In this document: one piece after another, positions 10,285 to 26,362 of the stretch
Numbering within the stretch: position 1 is the first letter of the stretch
Layout of the letters: each line of letters opens with the position of its first letter
Origin: Eledone cirrhosa
Lineage: Eukaryota
Length of the DNA stretch: 64,000 nt
Reading direction: 5' to 3'
Assembly: GCA_964016885.1 (NCBI GenBank)
Contig: OZ024741.1
Coordinates: 296,174,001-296,238,000, forward strand
Position numbers and translations under genes: made by a program
Notes under the pieces: generated by a model
What the model saw: the letters and a program-made list of their open reading frames with translations, nothing else
The model's database searches: none
What the model was told of the DNA's origin: nothing

Positions 10285-13206
10285 ATGGCCGTATTAAGAG
10301 TAGGAAGTTTAAATGTTCGAGGCCTGGGATCGTCCTGGAAGCAGGGTCACCTGCTCAACGACGACTATCAGATATTTGCATCTGTTAGTCGGCCGGGAAT
10401 GGGAGGCGGGGTGGAAGTGCTGTTTAGGAAAGGCCTGGATCTCGAGGTAAGGTCGATCTTCTGGGACCCGGACGGGAAGTTGGTGGTCCTGGACGTGAAC
10501 AATAATGAAGGTGGTGCCTTTAGACTGGTGGCCGTCTATGCTCCTACTGGGGCAGGACGGCCGGACTTCTTTAGACGCCTGGAAGCCTTTCTGGGTACGT
10601 CTCGCCCTTTACTGTTAGCGGGGGACTGGAACGGCATCTTAGACGCACGCTGGGACTGTGTGGGAGTATCCGATAGGAGCGGGGGGTGCAAAAGCCGCAA
10701 GAACCTGATCAGCCAGTTCCAACTGTCTGACAGGTACCGACTAGATTTCCCTAATGCGCCAGTGTGGACCTGGACTAACCGCATAGGGTCATCTAGATCG
10801 TATATAGACAGGATATTCGTTAGGAAAATAGACAGAAATAGTGTAAGCTGTCCACGTTTTGAAACGGTCGCCTATTCAGATCACAAGTTTGTGATCTGTA
10901 TGGTCGACCTAGATAAGACGCGTAGGTTAGGACCTGGTTACTGGAAACTAAACGTCATTTCCGGCACGTAAGGCTTACAGGGACCAGGTCAACAATTTAG
11001 TTAAGAAAAAGTTGACAGGGGGAGTCGTCAACAATAGATGGTGGGGGCTCTCAAAAGAGAGATTAGAGTAATGTCGATAGAGTTTAGCAAAGAAGTAGCG
11101 TTAGAAAAAAATAGAAAGGAGGGGGAGTTGGTAGATAAGTTAGACGAGGCTATTGGTAGTGGCATTGCAACTGACGTGCTAGCGGCGAGAATGGCATTAG
11201 ACCATTTCTTCAATGCTAAACACGAAGGTTGCATTGTCAGAGCTTGGGCGCGTGCTCTGAGAAACGAGGGAACCAAAGCTGTTCGATGGGCCCGCGTGGC
11301 AGAGGCGCAGCGTGGTAATAAAACCACGATTCGGTTTTTGACGGACCGAGACGGACACGAGCTGAACGATTCGAAGCGAATGTGTGAGGCCGTTCGCCAA
11401 CATTTTGCTCGGTTGTTCGGGGGAAGTGGCGGGTCAGAGATGGTGGCGGACTTCAGTCCCTACCTCGATGGCTTGCCGCAACTCTCGACGGCTGACGCTG
11501 GGCGCTGCGAAAGGCCAATTACTTCAGCCGAGATTCAGGATGCCCTTGTCGGCTGCATGAGGCGCAAGTCACTCGGTTTGGATGGTCTGCCCTACGAGCT
11601 TTACGTAAATATGCCAGACTTGTTCTCCAATCTCCTCGAAGCCCTCTACTGCAACTGGCAGCAAAACGGGAGTATTCCCAGTTCTGTGAGCCGGGGCGTA
11701 GTGACGCTGATAAGGAAAGACGAGAACAAGAGGGACACATTAGACAATTTCAGGCCCATAACTCTGCTCAACACAGAGTTTAAGATTTTGGCCAGGGTGT
11801 TAGCGAAGAGGTTGGCGCTTGTCGTCGGGGATTTGGTTGGGGAGGCGCAAACTTGCGCAATCCCAACCAGGTCCATACACGACAGCCTCCACCTAATGCG
11901 ATACATCATAGAGAGGATAGGGTCGACCATCTGTACCTGCAGGCTGTCCTCAAAGCGGCTGGCTTCGGCCCCGTCTTCAGAAGCTGGATCGCTGCAATGC
12001 ACAGCGGCACCTGCTCGGTGGTCAAAATTAATGGCCACCTCTCGGAACCGTTTCAGGTCTCCCGATCGGTCCGTCAAGGGTGCCCTCTCTCCTCCCTTCT
12101 GTACGTATTGACTCTCGAGCCTTTACTGCGGAAGCTGGAGCTATTGCAGGGCATCCCGCTCGAACCGGAACGCGGAAAGGTTGTGTCGGCTTATGCGGAC
12201 GACATCACCGTGATGGTGTCGGACACCTCAGAAATCGAGGTGGTCGGCAACTTATTGGAGGAATATGAAAGGTTGACGGGAGCAAAACTTAACCCGGAAA
12301 AGTCGGTGGGCTTACAACTCGGCACCTGGAGAGGCAAGTCCATGCCGCCCAACAGCGTCGTTAGGCGCTGGACGGACGGGTAAAGTTGCTCGGGGTTTGG
12401 TTCGGGCCAGACCTCCAGGTGGTTAAGAATTGGGACGAGGTGACGGGCAGGGTAGCCAATCTCACCCAGAAATGGGCTGGGATGAAGCTATCACTGAAAG
12501 GTCGGGCGGAGGTGGCGAACGCGTACATCGCGTCCGTCATCTACTACCGGCTGACCGTCGTCCCTTGCCTCCGTTCGCGCCTCGCCATCTTGGAGCGGCT
12601 CCTCTTCAAATTCTTGTGGAGGGGTCAGGTTCCGCTGGTGAGGCGGTCCATCTGCTGCCAGCCCCCTCTACGTGGAGGGCTGGGCATGTCGTGGCTAATG
12701 ATGCGCAGACACGCGCTGAGGCTGCGGCATCTCCAGATATTCTGCCTAAACGGTGAACAGGTGTGTCGCCGTTTGTCAGACGGGCTTTTCTGCAGCTCGT
12801 TTCTTTGACTGAGCTGCAGTCCTGGGTCAAGAAGAGACCGAGACTGGGTGACTGGCATCTGGAATGTTGCCAGGCACTCAATGCCCTCTACCAGGCAGGC
12901 AATGCGGTCAGTGGAACTTCCACTCTCGAGTTCTATAGAGGATTAGTGGTGGGCAAGTGCGACGACACACTCGGAGAGGCTCTGGGAGTCAACGAATTCG
13001 AACTAACCAGTCTGTACCGGAGGACTTTCGAGCCGGGGATGATGGATAATTTCCAAAATTCCCTCGCTTGGCAGTGCTACCGGGGGGCACTGCCGGTTCG
13101 AGATAAACTCTACAGGCACGGAAGCGCTGTCAGACGGACCTGCCCGAGATGCGCGCAGAGCGACGAAACCGTTCTGCACGCACTCGTTCAGTGTCCGTGC
13201 ATTACT
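10285..13206 (+). pseudogene. LINE ORF2 (APE endonuclease + reverse transcriptase), disrupted
   Basis: APE motifs: SLNVRGL, AGDWN, SYIDRIF, SDH. RT motifs: KSLGLDGLP, FRPITLLNTEFKILA, VRQGCPLS, YADD. C-terminal CPRC..DETVLHALVQC. The QET and KAFD motifs are deleted, and there are several frameshifts. Confidence 0.92.
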
Positions 13207-13352
13207 GACGCCATGCTTTGCAGCACAGTTACGTCCCTTTACGGACTGAGTTCAAATCCCGCCGAGGTTAACTTTGCCTTTCATCCTTACGGGGTCAATA
13301 AAATAAAGTACCAGTAATATAATTGCTGGCCTTGTGCCAAAAGTAGAAACAA
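13207..13352 (+). mobile_element. SINE family A, 5'-truncated
   Basis: gacgccatgctttgcagc...gagttcaaatccc...gcctttcatccttacggggtcaataaaataaagtaccag...gtgccaaaagtagaaacaatt matches 29471-29660. Confidence 0.85.
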
Positions 13353-13729
13353 TTATTATTATTATTATTAGTGGTAGTAGTAGCGGTGGTGGTAGTAGTA
13401 GTAGTAACAGCAGGAGCAGCAGCAGCAGGAGGAGCAGTAGTAGTGGTAGTGGTAGTGGTAGTAGTAGTAGTGCGTTACAATTCAGCAAAGACGGAGCTGA
13501 GGGGTCATTCGGTGCTATTATTTCAACAAATAAACAAATAAACAAATAAATAAATAATAAAATATAAAATGAAATAAAATTGATTTGTCCGCAAATTCCA
13601 AGCGACTGGTTCTGTTTACGTCAATGTCATCCCACCCACAAACTCTGTAACACCCCCTCCCCAGGCCCTGCATGTCACATGGACAACAACTTCATTCCTG
13701 TCTCCTCTTATCTCCATAGACACTACCTC

Positions 13730-16700
13730 GCTACCACCATCTCCAGCCTCAGTACTGGGCCTATTATACCACCACCACCACCACCATCTCCAGCCTCAGT
13801 ACTGGGCCTATTATACCACCACCACCACCACCCTCCCCAACCTCAGTACTGGGCCTATTATACCACCACCACCACCACCCTCTCCAGCCTCAGTACTGGG
13901 CCTATTATACCACCACCACCACCACCATCTCCAGCCTCAGTACTGGGCCTATTATACCACCACCACCACCACCCTCCCCAACCTCAGTACTGGGCCTATT
14001 ATACCACCACCACCACCACCCTCCCCAACCTCAGTACTGGGCCTATTATACCACCACCACCACCACCCTCTCCAGCCTCAGTACTGGGCCTATTATACCA
14101 CCACCACCACCACCATCTCCAGCCTCAGTACTGGGCCTATTATACCACCACCACCACCACCCTCCCCAACCTCAGTACTGGGCCTATTATACCACCACCA
14201 CCACCACCCTCTCCAGCCTCAGTACTGGGCCTATTATACCACCACCACCACCACCATCTCCAGCCTCAGTACTGGGCCTATTATACCACCACCACCACCA
14301 CCCTCCCCAACCTCAGTACTGGGCCTATTATACCACCACCACCACCACCCTCTCCAGCCTCAGTACTGGGCCTATTATACCACCACCACCACCACCCTCT
14401 CCAGCCTCAGTACTGGGCCTATTATACCACCACCACCACCCTCCCCAACCACAGTACTGGGCCTATTATACCACCAGCACCACCACTATCTCCAGCCTCA
14501 GTACTGGGCCTATTATACCACCACCACCACCACCCTCCCCAACCTCAGTACTGGGCCTATTATACCACCACCACCACCACCATCTCCAGCCTCAGTACTG
14601 GGCCTATTATACCACCACCACCACCACCATCTCCAGCCTCAGTACTGGGCCTATTATAACACCACCACCACCACCCTCCGCAACCACAGTACTGGGCCTA
14701 TTATACCACCACCACCCTCCCCAACCACAGTACGGGGCCTATTATACCACCACCACCACCACCCTCCCCAACCTCAGTACTGGGCCTATTATACCACCAC
14801 CACCACCACCACCCTCTCCAGCCTCAGTACTGGGCCTATTATACCACCACCACCACCACCATCTCCAGCCTCAGTACTGGGCCTATTATAACACCACCAC
14901 CACCACCCTCCGCAACCACAGTACTGGGCCTATTATACCACCACCACCCTCCCCAACCACAGTACTGGGCCTATTATACCACCACCACCACCACCCTCCC
15001 CAACCTCAGTACTGGGCCTATTATACCACCACCACCACCACCACCACCCTCTCCAGCCTCAGTACTGGGCCTATTATACCATCACCACCACCACCCTCTC
15101 CAGCTTCAGTACTGGGCCTATTATACCACCACCACCACCACCCTCCCCAACCTCAGTACTGGGCCTATTATACCACCACCACCACCACCACCACCACCCT
15201 CCCCAACCTCAGTACTGGGCCTATTATACCACCACCACCACCACCACCACCACCCTCTCCAGCCTCAGTACTGGGCCTATTATACCACCACCACCACCAC
15301 CACCACCACCCTCTCCAGCCTCAGTACTGGGCCTATTGTACCACCACCACCACCACCACCACCACCCTCTCCAGCCTCAGTACTGGGCGTATTATACCAC
15401 CACCACCACCACCACCACCACCCTCTCCAGCCTCAGTACTGGGCCTATTATACCACCACCACCACCACCACCATCTCCAGCCTCAGTACTGGGCCTATTA
15501 TACCACCACCACCACCACCACCCTCCCCAACCACAGTACTGGGCCTATTATACCATCACCACCACCACCCTCTCCAGCCTCAGTACTGGGCCTATTATAC
15601 CACCACCACCACCACCCTCCCCAACCTCAGTACTGGGCCTATTATACCACCACCACCACCACCACCATCTCCAGCCTCAGTACTGGGCCTATTATACCAC
15701 CACCACCACCACCCTCCCCAACCTCAGTACTGGGCCTATTATACCACCACCACCACCACCATCTCCAGCCTCAGTACTGGGCCTATTATACCACCACCAC
15801 CACCACCATCTCCAGCCTCAGTACTGGGCCTATTATACCACCACCACCACCACCCTCCCCAACCTCAGTACTGGGCCTATTATACCACCACCACCACCAC
15901 CACCACCAAACCTCTCCAGCCTCAGTACTGGGCCTATTATACCACCACCACCACCACCATCTCCAGCCTCAGTACTGGGCCTATTATACCACCACCACCA
16001 CCACCATCTCCAGCCTCAGTACCGGGCCTATTATACCACCACCACCACCACTCTCCCCAACCTCAGTACTGGGCCTATTATACAACCACCACCACCACCA
16101 TCTCCAGCCTCAGTACCGGGCCTATTATACCACCACCACCACCACCCTCCCCAACCTCAGTACTGGGCCTATTATACCACCACCACCACCATCCTCCCCA
16201 ACCTCAGTACTGGGCCTATTATACCACCACCACCACCACCACCACCACCATCTCCAGCCTCAGTACCGGGCCTATTATACCACCACCATCACCACCATCT
16301 CCAGCCTCAGTACTGGGCCTATTATACCACCACCACCACCACCACCACCACCACCATCTCCAGCCTCAGTACTGGGCCTATTATACCACCACCACCACCC
16401 TCCCCAACCACAGTACTGGGCCTATTATACCACCACCACCACCACCCTCCCCAACCTCAGTACTGGGCCTATTATACCACCACCACCACCACCCTCCCCA
16501 ACCTCAGTACTGGGCCTATTATACCACCACCACCACCACCCTCCCCAACCTCAGTACTGGGCCTATTATACCACCACCACCCTCCCCAACCTCAGTACTG
16601 GGCCTATTATACCACCACCATCACCACCACCACCCTCTACAGCCTCAGTACTGGGCCTATTATACCACCACCACCACCACCCTCTCCAGCCTCAGTACTG

Positions 16701-19700
16701 GGCCTATTATACCACCACCACCACCACCCTCCCCAACCTCAGTACTGGGCCTATTATACCACCACCACCCTCCCCAACCACAGTACTGGGCCTATTATAC
16801 CACCACCACCACCACCCTCCCCAACCTCAGTACTGGGCCTATTATACCACCAGCACCACCCTCCGCAACCACAGTACTGGGCCTATTATACCACCACCAC
16901 CACCACCCTCCCCAACCTCAGTACTGGGTCTATTATACCACCACCACCACCACCATCTCCAGCCTCAGTATTGGGCCTATTATACCACCACCACCCTCCC
17001 CAACCACAGTACTGGGCCTATTATACCACCACCACCACCACCCTCCCCAACCTCAGTACTGGGCCTATTATACCACCACCACCACCACCCTCCCCAACCT
17101 CAGTACTGGGCCTATTATACCACCACCACCACCACCATCTCCAGCCTCAGTACTGGGCCTATTATACCACCACCACCACCACCCTCCCCAACCACAGTAC
17201 TGGGCTTATTATACCACCACCACCACCACCACCCTCCGCAACCTCAGTACTGGGCCTATTATACCACCACCACCACCACCCTCTCCAGCCTCAGTACTGG
17301 GCCTATTATACCACCACCACCACCACCCTCCCCAACCTCAGTACTGGGCCTATTATAACACCACCACCACCCTCCCCAACCACAGTACTGGGCCAATTAT
17401 ACCACCACCACCACCACCCTCCCCAACCTCAGTACTGGGCCTATTATACCACCACCACCCTCCCCAACCACAGTACTGGGCCTATTATACCACCACCACC
17501 CTCCCCAACCTCAGTACTGGGCCTATTATACCACCACCACCACCACCATCTCCAGCCTCAGTACTGGGCCTATTATACCACCACCACCACCACCCTCCCC
17601 AACCTCAGTACTGGGCCTATTATACCACCACCACCACCACCATCTGCAGCCTCAGTACTGGGCCTATTATACCACCACCACCACCCTCCCCAACCTCAGT
17701 ACTGGGCCTATTATACCACCACCACCACCACCATCTCCAGCCTCAGTACTGGGCCTATTATACCACCACCACCACCACCATCTCCAGCCTCAGTACTGGG
17801 CCTATTATACCACCACCACCACCACCCTCCCCAACCTCAGTACTGGGCCTATTATACCACCACCACCACCACCGTCTCCAGCCTAAGTACTGGGCCTATT
17901 ATACCACCACCACCACCACCCTCCCCAACCTCAGTACTGGGCCTATTATACCACCACCACCACCACCATCTCCAGCCTCAGTACTGGGCCTATTATACCA
18001 CCACCACCACCCTCCCCAACCACAGTACTGGGCCTATTATACCACCACCACCACCACCACCATCTCCAGCCGAAGTACTGGGCCTATTATACCACCACCA
18101 CCACCACCCTCCCCAACCTCAGTACTGGGCCTATTATACCACCACCACCACCACTGTCTCCAGCCTAAGTACTGGGCCTATTATACCACCACCACCACCA
18201 CCCTCCCCAACCTCAGTACTGGGCCTATTATACCACCACCACCACCACCCTCCCCAACCTCAGTACTGGGCCTATTATACCACCACCACCACCACCCTCC
18301 CCAACCTCAGTACTGGGCCTATTATACCACCACCACCCTCCCCAACCTCAGTACTGGGCCTATTATACCACCACCATCACCACCACCACCCTCTACAGCC
18401 TCAGTACTGGGCCTATTATACCACCACCACCACCACCCTCTCCAGCCTCAGTACTGGGCCTATTATACCACCACCACCACCACCCTCCCCAACTTCAGTA
18501 CTGGGCCTATTATACCACCACCACCACCACCCTCCCCAACCTCAGTACTGGGTCTATTATACCACCACCACCACCACCATCTCCAGCCTCAGTACTGGGC
18601 CTATTATACCACCACCACCACCACCCTCCCCAACCACAGTACTGGGCCTATTATAACACCACCACCACCACCATCTCCAGCCTCAGTACTGGGCCTATTA
18701 TACCACCACCACCACCACCATCTCCAGCCTCAGTACTGGGCCTATTATACCACCACCACCACCACCCTCCCCAACCACAGTACTGGGCCTATTATAACAC
18801 CACCACCACCACCATCTCCAGCCTCAGTACTGGGCCTATTATACCACCACCACCACCACCATCTCCAGCCTCAGTACTGGGCCTATTATACCACCACCAC
18901 CACCACCATCTCCAGCCTCAGTACTGGGCCTATTATACCACCACCACCACCACCCTCCCCAACCACAGTACTGGGCCTATTATACCACCACCACCACCAC
19001 CCTCCCCAGCCTCAGTACTGGGCCTATTATACCACCACCACCACCACCATCTCCAGCCTCAGTACTGGGCCTATTATACCACCACCACCACCACCCTCCC
19101 CAACCACAGTACTGGGCCTATTATACCACCACCACCACCACCTTCCCCAGCCTCAGTACTGGGCCTATTATACCACCACCACCACCACCATCTCCAGCCT
19201 CAGTACTGGGCCTATTATACCACCACCACCACCACCATCTCCAGCCTCAGTACTGGGCCTATTATACCACCACCACCACCCTCCCCAACCACAGTACTGG
19301 GCCAATTATACCACCACCACCACCACCCTCCCCAACCTCAGTACTGGGCCTATTATACCACCACCACCCTCCCCAACCACAGTACTGGGCCTATTATACC
19401 ACCACCACCCTCCCCAACCTCAGTACTGGGCCTATTATACCACCACCACCACCACCATCTCCAGCCTCAGTACTGGGCCTATTATACCACCACCACCACC
19501 ACCATCTCCAGCCTCAGTACTGGGCCTATTATACCACCACCACCACCACCATCTCCAGCCTCAGTACTGGGCCTATTATACCACCACCACCACCACCCTC
19601 CCCAACCTCAGTACTGGGCCTATTATAACACCACCACCACCACCCTCCCCAACCACAGTACTGGGCCAATTATACCACCACCACCACCACCCTCCCCAAC

Positions 19701-22700
19701 CTCAGTACTGGGCCTATTATACCACCACCACCCTCCCCAACCACAGTACTGGGCCTATTATACCACCACCACCCTCCCCAACCTCAGTACTGGGCCTATT
19801 ATACCACCATCACCACCATCTCCAGCCTCAGTACTGGGCCTATTATACCACCACCACCACCACCCTCCCCAACCTCAGTACTGGGCCTATTATACCACCA
19901 CCACCACCACCATCTGCAGCCTCAGTACTGGGCCTATTATACCACCACCACCACCACCCTCCCCAACCTCAGTACTGGGCCTATTATACCACCACCACCA
20001 CCACCATCTCCAGCCTCAGTACTGGGCCTATTATACCACCACCACCACCACCATCTCCAGCCTCAGTACTGGGCCTATTATACCACCACCACCACCACCC
20101 TCCCCAACCTCAGTACTGGGCCTATTATACCACCACCACCACCACCGTCTCCAGCCTAAGTACTGGGCCTATTATACCACCACCACCACCACCCTCCCCA
20201 ACCTCAGTACTGGGCCTATTATACCACCACCACCATCTCCAGCCTCAGTACTGGGCCTATTATACCACCACCACCACCACCACCATCTCCAGCCTCAGTA
20301 CTGGGCCTATTATACCACCACCACCACCACCCTCCCCAACCTCAGTACTGGGCCTATTATACCACCACCACCACCACCCTCCCCAACCACAGTACTGGGC
20401 CTATTATACCATCACCACCACCACCCTCTCCAGCCTCAGTACTGGGCCTATTATACCACCACCACCACCACCCTCCCCAACCTCAGTACTGGGCCTATTA
20501 TACCACCACCACCACCACCACCATCTCCAGCCTCAGTACTGGGCCTATTATACCACCACCACCACCACCCTCCCCAACCTCAGTACTGGGCCTATTATAC
20601 CACCACCACCACCACCATCTCCAGCCTCAGTACTGGGCCTATTATACCACCACCACCACCACCATCTCCAGCCTCAGTACTGGGCCTATTATACCACCAC
20701 CACCACCACCCTCCCCAACCTCAGTACTGGGCCTATTATACCACCACCACCACCACCACCACCACCCTCTCCAGCCTCAGTACTGGGCCTATTATACCAC
20801 CACCACCACCACCATCTCCAGCCTCAGTACTGGGCCTATTATACCACCACCACCACCACCATCTCCAGCCTCAGTACCGGGCCTATTATACCACCACCAC
20901 CACCACCCTCCCCAACCTCAGTACTGGGCCTATTATACCACCACCACCACCACCATCTCCAGCCTCAGTACCGGGCCTATTATACCACCACCACCACCAC
21001 CCTCCCCAACCTCAGTACTGGGCCTATTATACCACCACCACCACCACCCTCCCCAACCTCAGTACTGGGCCTATTATACCACCACCACCACCACCACCAC
21101 CACCATCTCCAGCCTCAGTACCGGGCCTATTATACCACCACCATCACCACAATCTCCAGCCTCAGTACTGGGCCTATTATACCACCACCACCACCACCAC
21201 CACCATCTCCAGCCTCAGTACTGGGCCTATTATACCACCACCACCACCCTCCCCAACCACAGTACTGGGCCTATTATACCACCACCACCACCACCCTCCC
21301 CAACCTCAGTACTGGGCCTATTATACCACCACCACCACCACCCTCCCCAACCTCAGTACTGGGCCTATTATACCACCACCACCACCACCCTCCCCAACCT
21401 CAGTACTGGGCCTATTATACCACCACCACCCTCCCCAACCTCAGTACTGGGCCTATTATACCACCACCATCACCACCACCACCCTCTACAGCCTCAGTAC
21501 TGGGCCTATTATACCACCACCACCACCACCCTCTCCAGCCTCAGTACTGGGCCTATTATACCACCACCACCACCACCCTCCCCAACCTCAGTACTGGGCC
21601 TATTATACCACCACCACCCTCCCCAACCACAGTACTGGGCCTATTATACCACCACCACCACCACCCTCGCCAACCTCAGTACTGGGCCTATTATACCACC
21701 AGCACCACCCTCCGCAACCACAGTACTGGGCCTATTATACCACCACCACCACCACCCTCCCCAACCTCAGTACTGGGTCTATTATACCACCACCACCACC
21801 ACCATCTCCAGCCTCAGTATTGGGCCTATTATACCACCACCACCCTCCCCAACCACAGTACTGGGCCTATTATACCACCACCACCACCACCCTCCCCAAC
21901 CTCAGTACTGGGCCTATTATACCACCACCACCACCACCCTCCCCAACCTCAGTACTGGGCCTATTATACCACCACCACCACCACCATCTCCAGCCTCAGT
22001 ACTGGGCCTATTATACCACCACCACCACCACCCTCCCCAACCACAGTACTGGGCTTATTATACCACCACCACCACCACCACCCTCCCCAACCTCAGTACT
22101 GGGCCTATTATACCACCACCACCACCACCCTCTCCAGCCTCAGTACTGGGCCTATTATACCACCACCACCACCACCATCTCCAGCCTCAGTACTGGGCCT
22201 ATTATACCACCACCACCACCACCCTCCCCAACCTCAGTACTGGGCCTATTATAACACCACCACCACCCTCCCCAACCACAGTACTGGGCCAATTATACCA
22301 CCACCACCACCACCCTCCCCAACCTCAGTACTGGGCCTATTATACCACCACCACCCTCCCCAACCACACTACTGGGCCTATTATACCACCACCACCCTCC
22401 CCAACCTCAGTACTGGGCCTATTATACCACCACCACCACCACCATCTCCAGCCTCAGTACTGGGCCTATTATACCACCACCACCACCACCCTCCCCAACC
22501 TCAGTACTGGGCCTATTATACCACCACCACCACCACCATCTGCAGCCTCAGTACTGGGCCTATTATACCACCACCACCCTCCCCAACCTCAGTACTGGGC
22601 CTATTATACCACCACCACCACCACCATCTCCAGCCTCAGTACTGGGCCTATTATACCACCACCACCACCACCATCTCCAGCCTCAGTACTGGGCCTATTA

Positions 22701-25700
22701 TACCACCACCACCACCACCCTCACCAACCTCAGTACTGGGCCTATTATACCACCACCACCACCACCGTCTCCAGCCTAAGTACTGGGCCTATTATACCAC
22801 CACCACCACCACCACCCTCCCCAATCTCAGTACTGGGCCTATTATACCACCACCACCACCACCATCTCCAGCCTCAGTACTGGGCCTATTATACCACCAC
22901 CACCACCCTCCCCAACCACAGTACTGGGCCTATTATACCACCACCACCACCACCACCATCTCCAGCCTCAGTACTGGGCCTATTATACAACCACCACCAC
23001 CACCCTCCCCAACCTCAGTACTGGGCCTATTATACCACCACCACCACCACCGTCTCCAGCCTAAGTACTGGGCCTATTATACCACCACCACCACCACCCT
23101 CCCCAACCTCAGTACTGGGCCTATTATACCACCACCACAACCACCCTCCCCAACCTCAGTACTGGGCCTATTATACCACCACCACCACCACCCTCCCCAA
23201 CCTCAGTACTGGGCCTATTATACCACCACCACCCTCCCCAACCTCAGTACTGGGCCTATTATACCACCACCATCACCACCACCACCCTCTACAGCCTCAG
23301 TACTTGGCCTATTATACCACCACCACCACCACCCTCTCCAGCCTCAGTACTGGGCCTATTATACCACCACCACCACCACCCTCCCCAACCTCAGTACTGG
23401 GCCTATTATACCACCACCACCCTCCCCAACCACAGTACTGGGCCTATTATACCACCACCACCACCACCCTCCCCAACCTCAGTACTGGGTCTATTATACC
23501 ACCACCACCACCACCATCTCCAGCCTCAGTATTGGGCCTATTATACCACCACCACCCTGCCCAACCACAGTACTGGGCCTATTATACCACCACCACCACC
23601 ACCCTCCCCAACCTCAGTACTGGGCCTATTATACCACCACCACCACCACCATCTCCAGCCTCAGTACTGGGCCTATTATACCACCACCACCACCACCCTC
23701 CCCAACCACAGTACTGGGCCTATTATACCACCACCACCACCACCACCCTCCCCAGCCTCAGTACTGGGCCTATTATACCACCACCACCACCACCATCTCC
23801 AGCCTCAGTACTGGGCCTATTATACCACCACCACCACCACCCTCCCCAACCTCAGTACTGGGCCTATTATAACACCACCACCACCCTCCCCAACCACAGT
23901 ACTGGGCCAATTATACCACCACCACCACCACCCTCCCCAACCTCAGTACTGGGCCTATTATACCACCACCACCCTCCCCAACCACAGTACTGGGCCTATT
24001 ATACCACCACCACCCTCCCCAACCTCAGTACTGGGCCTATTATACCACCACCACCACCACCATCTCCAGCCTCAGTACTGGGCCTATTATACCACCACCA
24101 CCACCACCCTCCCCAACCTCAGTACTGGGCCTATTATACCACCACCACCACCACCATCTGCAGCCTCAGTACTGGGCCTATTATACCACCACCACCACCC
24201 TCCCCAACCTCAGTACTGGGCCTATTATACCACCACCACCACCACCATCTCCAGCCTCAGTACTGGGCCTATTATACCACCACCACCACCACCATCTCCA
24301 GCCTCAGTACTGGGCCTATTATACCACCACCACCACCACCCTCCCCAACCTCAGTACTGGGCCTATTATACCACCACCACCACCACCGTCTCCAGCCTAA
24401 GTACTGGGCCTATTATACCACCACCACCACCACCACCCTCCCCAACCTCAGTACTGGGCCTATTATACCACCACCACCATCTCCAGCCTCAGTACTGGGC
24501 CTATTATACCACCACCACCACCACCACCATCTCCAGCCTCAGTACTGGGCCTATTATACCACCACCACCACCACCCTCCCCAACCTCAGTACTGGGCCTA
24601 TTATACCACCACCACCACCACCCTCCCCAACCACAGTACTGGGCCTATTATACCACCACCACCACCACCCTCCCCAACCTCAGTACTGGGCCTATTATAC
24701 CACCACCATCACCACCATCTCCAGCCTCAGTACTGGGCCTATTATACCACCACCACCACCCTCCCCAACCACAGTACTGGGCCTATTATACCACCACCAC
24801 CACCACCATCTCCAGCCTCAGTACTGGGCCTATTATACCACCACCACCACCACCATCTCCAGCCTCAGTACTGGGCCTATTATACCACCACCACCACCAC
24901 CCTCCCCAACCTCAGTACTGGGCCTATTATACCACCACCACCACCACCATCTCCAGCCTCAGTACTGGGCCTATTATACCACCACCACCACCACCATCTC
25001 CTGCCTCAGTACTGGGCCTATTATACCACCACCACCACCACCCTCTCCAGCCTCAGTACTGGGCCTATTATACCACCACCACCACCACCATCTCCAGCCT
25101 CAGTACTGGGCCTATTATACCACCACCACCACCACCATCTCCAGCCTCAGTACTGGGCCTATTATACCACCACCACCACCACCATCTCCAGCCTCAGTAC
25201 TGGGCCTATTATACCACCACCACCACCACCATCTCCAGCCTCAGTACTGGGCCTATTATACCACCACCACCACCACCATCTCCAGCCTCAGTACTGGGCC
25301 TATTATACCACCACCACCACCACCCTCCCCAACCTCAGTACTGGGCCTATTATACCACCACCACCACCACCATCTCCAGCCTCAGTACTGGGCCTATTAT
25401 ACCACCACCACCACCCTCCCCAACCACAGTACTGGGCCTATTATACCACCACCACCACCATCTCCAGCCTCAGTACCGGGCCTATTATACCACCACCACC
25501 ACCACCCTCCCCAACCTCAGTACTGGGCCTATTATACCACCACCACCACCACCATCTCCAGCCTCAGTACTGGGCCTATTATACCACCACCACCACCACC
25601 CTCCCCAACCTCAGTACTGGGCCTATTATACCACCACCACCACCACCCTCCCCAACCTCAGTACTGGGCCTATTATACCACCACCACCACCACCACCACC

Positions 25701-26110
25701 ACCACCACCCTCTCCAGCCTCAGTACTGGGCCTATTATACCACCACCACCACCACCATCTCCAGCCTCAGTACTGGGCCTATTATACCACCACCACCACC
25801 ACCACCACCACCACCACCCTCCCCAACCTCAGTACTGGGCCTATTATACCACCACCACCACCACCACCACCACCACCCTCTCCAGCCTCAGTACTGGGCT
25901 TATTATACCACCACCACCACCACCACCACCACCCTCTCCAGCCTCAGTACTGGGCCTATTATACCACCACCACCACCCTCCCCAACCTCAGTACTGGGCC
26001 TATTATACCACCACCACCACCACCAGCCTCCCCAACCTCAGTACTGGGCCTATTATACCACCACCACCACCACCACCACCACCACCACCACCACCACCAC
26101 CACCACCACT
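13730..26110. repeat. 12.4 kb satellite; unit = (ACC)n + 29-bp core (atctccagcc or ctccccaacc)tcagtactgggcctattat, modal 44-47 bp
   Basis: Direct reading; roughly 270 units by length estimate. It generates the long QPQYWAYY/STGPII/VLGLLY ORFs. Confidence 0.97.
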
Positions 26111-26116
26111 CTCTGC

Positions 26117-26362
26117 AACCATATTAGACATAGTAACATGATATAAAAAACATATTACATATAGTAACATTAATATAAAAAAAACATATTTAACATAGTG
26201 ACATTAATATAAAAACCATATTAGACATATTAACATTAATATAAAAACTATATTAACACAGTAACAATGTAAAAAACCATATTAGACACAGTAACATTAA
26301 TATAAAAGCCATATTACCATAGTAACATTAATATAAAAACCATATTAGACATAGTAACATGA
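26117..26362. repeat. AT-rich minisatellite of about 31 bp (aaccatattagacatagtaacattaatataaa)
   Basis: About 8 imperfect copies. Confidence 0.8.

Larger units (their letters stand above)
8096..13206 (+). mobile_element. Near full-length, inactivated Tx1/L1-clade non-LTR retrotransposon
   Basis: ORF1 with a CCHC knuckle, followed by ORF2 with APE, RT and a C-terminal Cys/His motif. The 3' end is replaced by a SINE at 13207. Confidence 0.9.

Noticed and set aside
13580-26141. Long ORFs (359-1106 aa) of QPQYWAYY/STGPII/VLGLLY repeats, and a CRISPR-like look
   Set aside because: The frames are open only because the satellite lacks plus-strand stops, and all three frames give the same peptide. 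The spacers are (ACC)n rather than unique sequence, and there are no cas genes.
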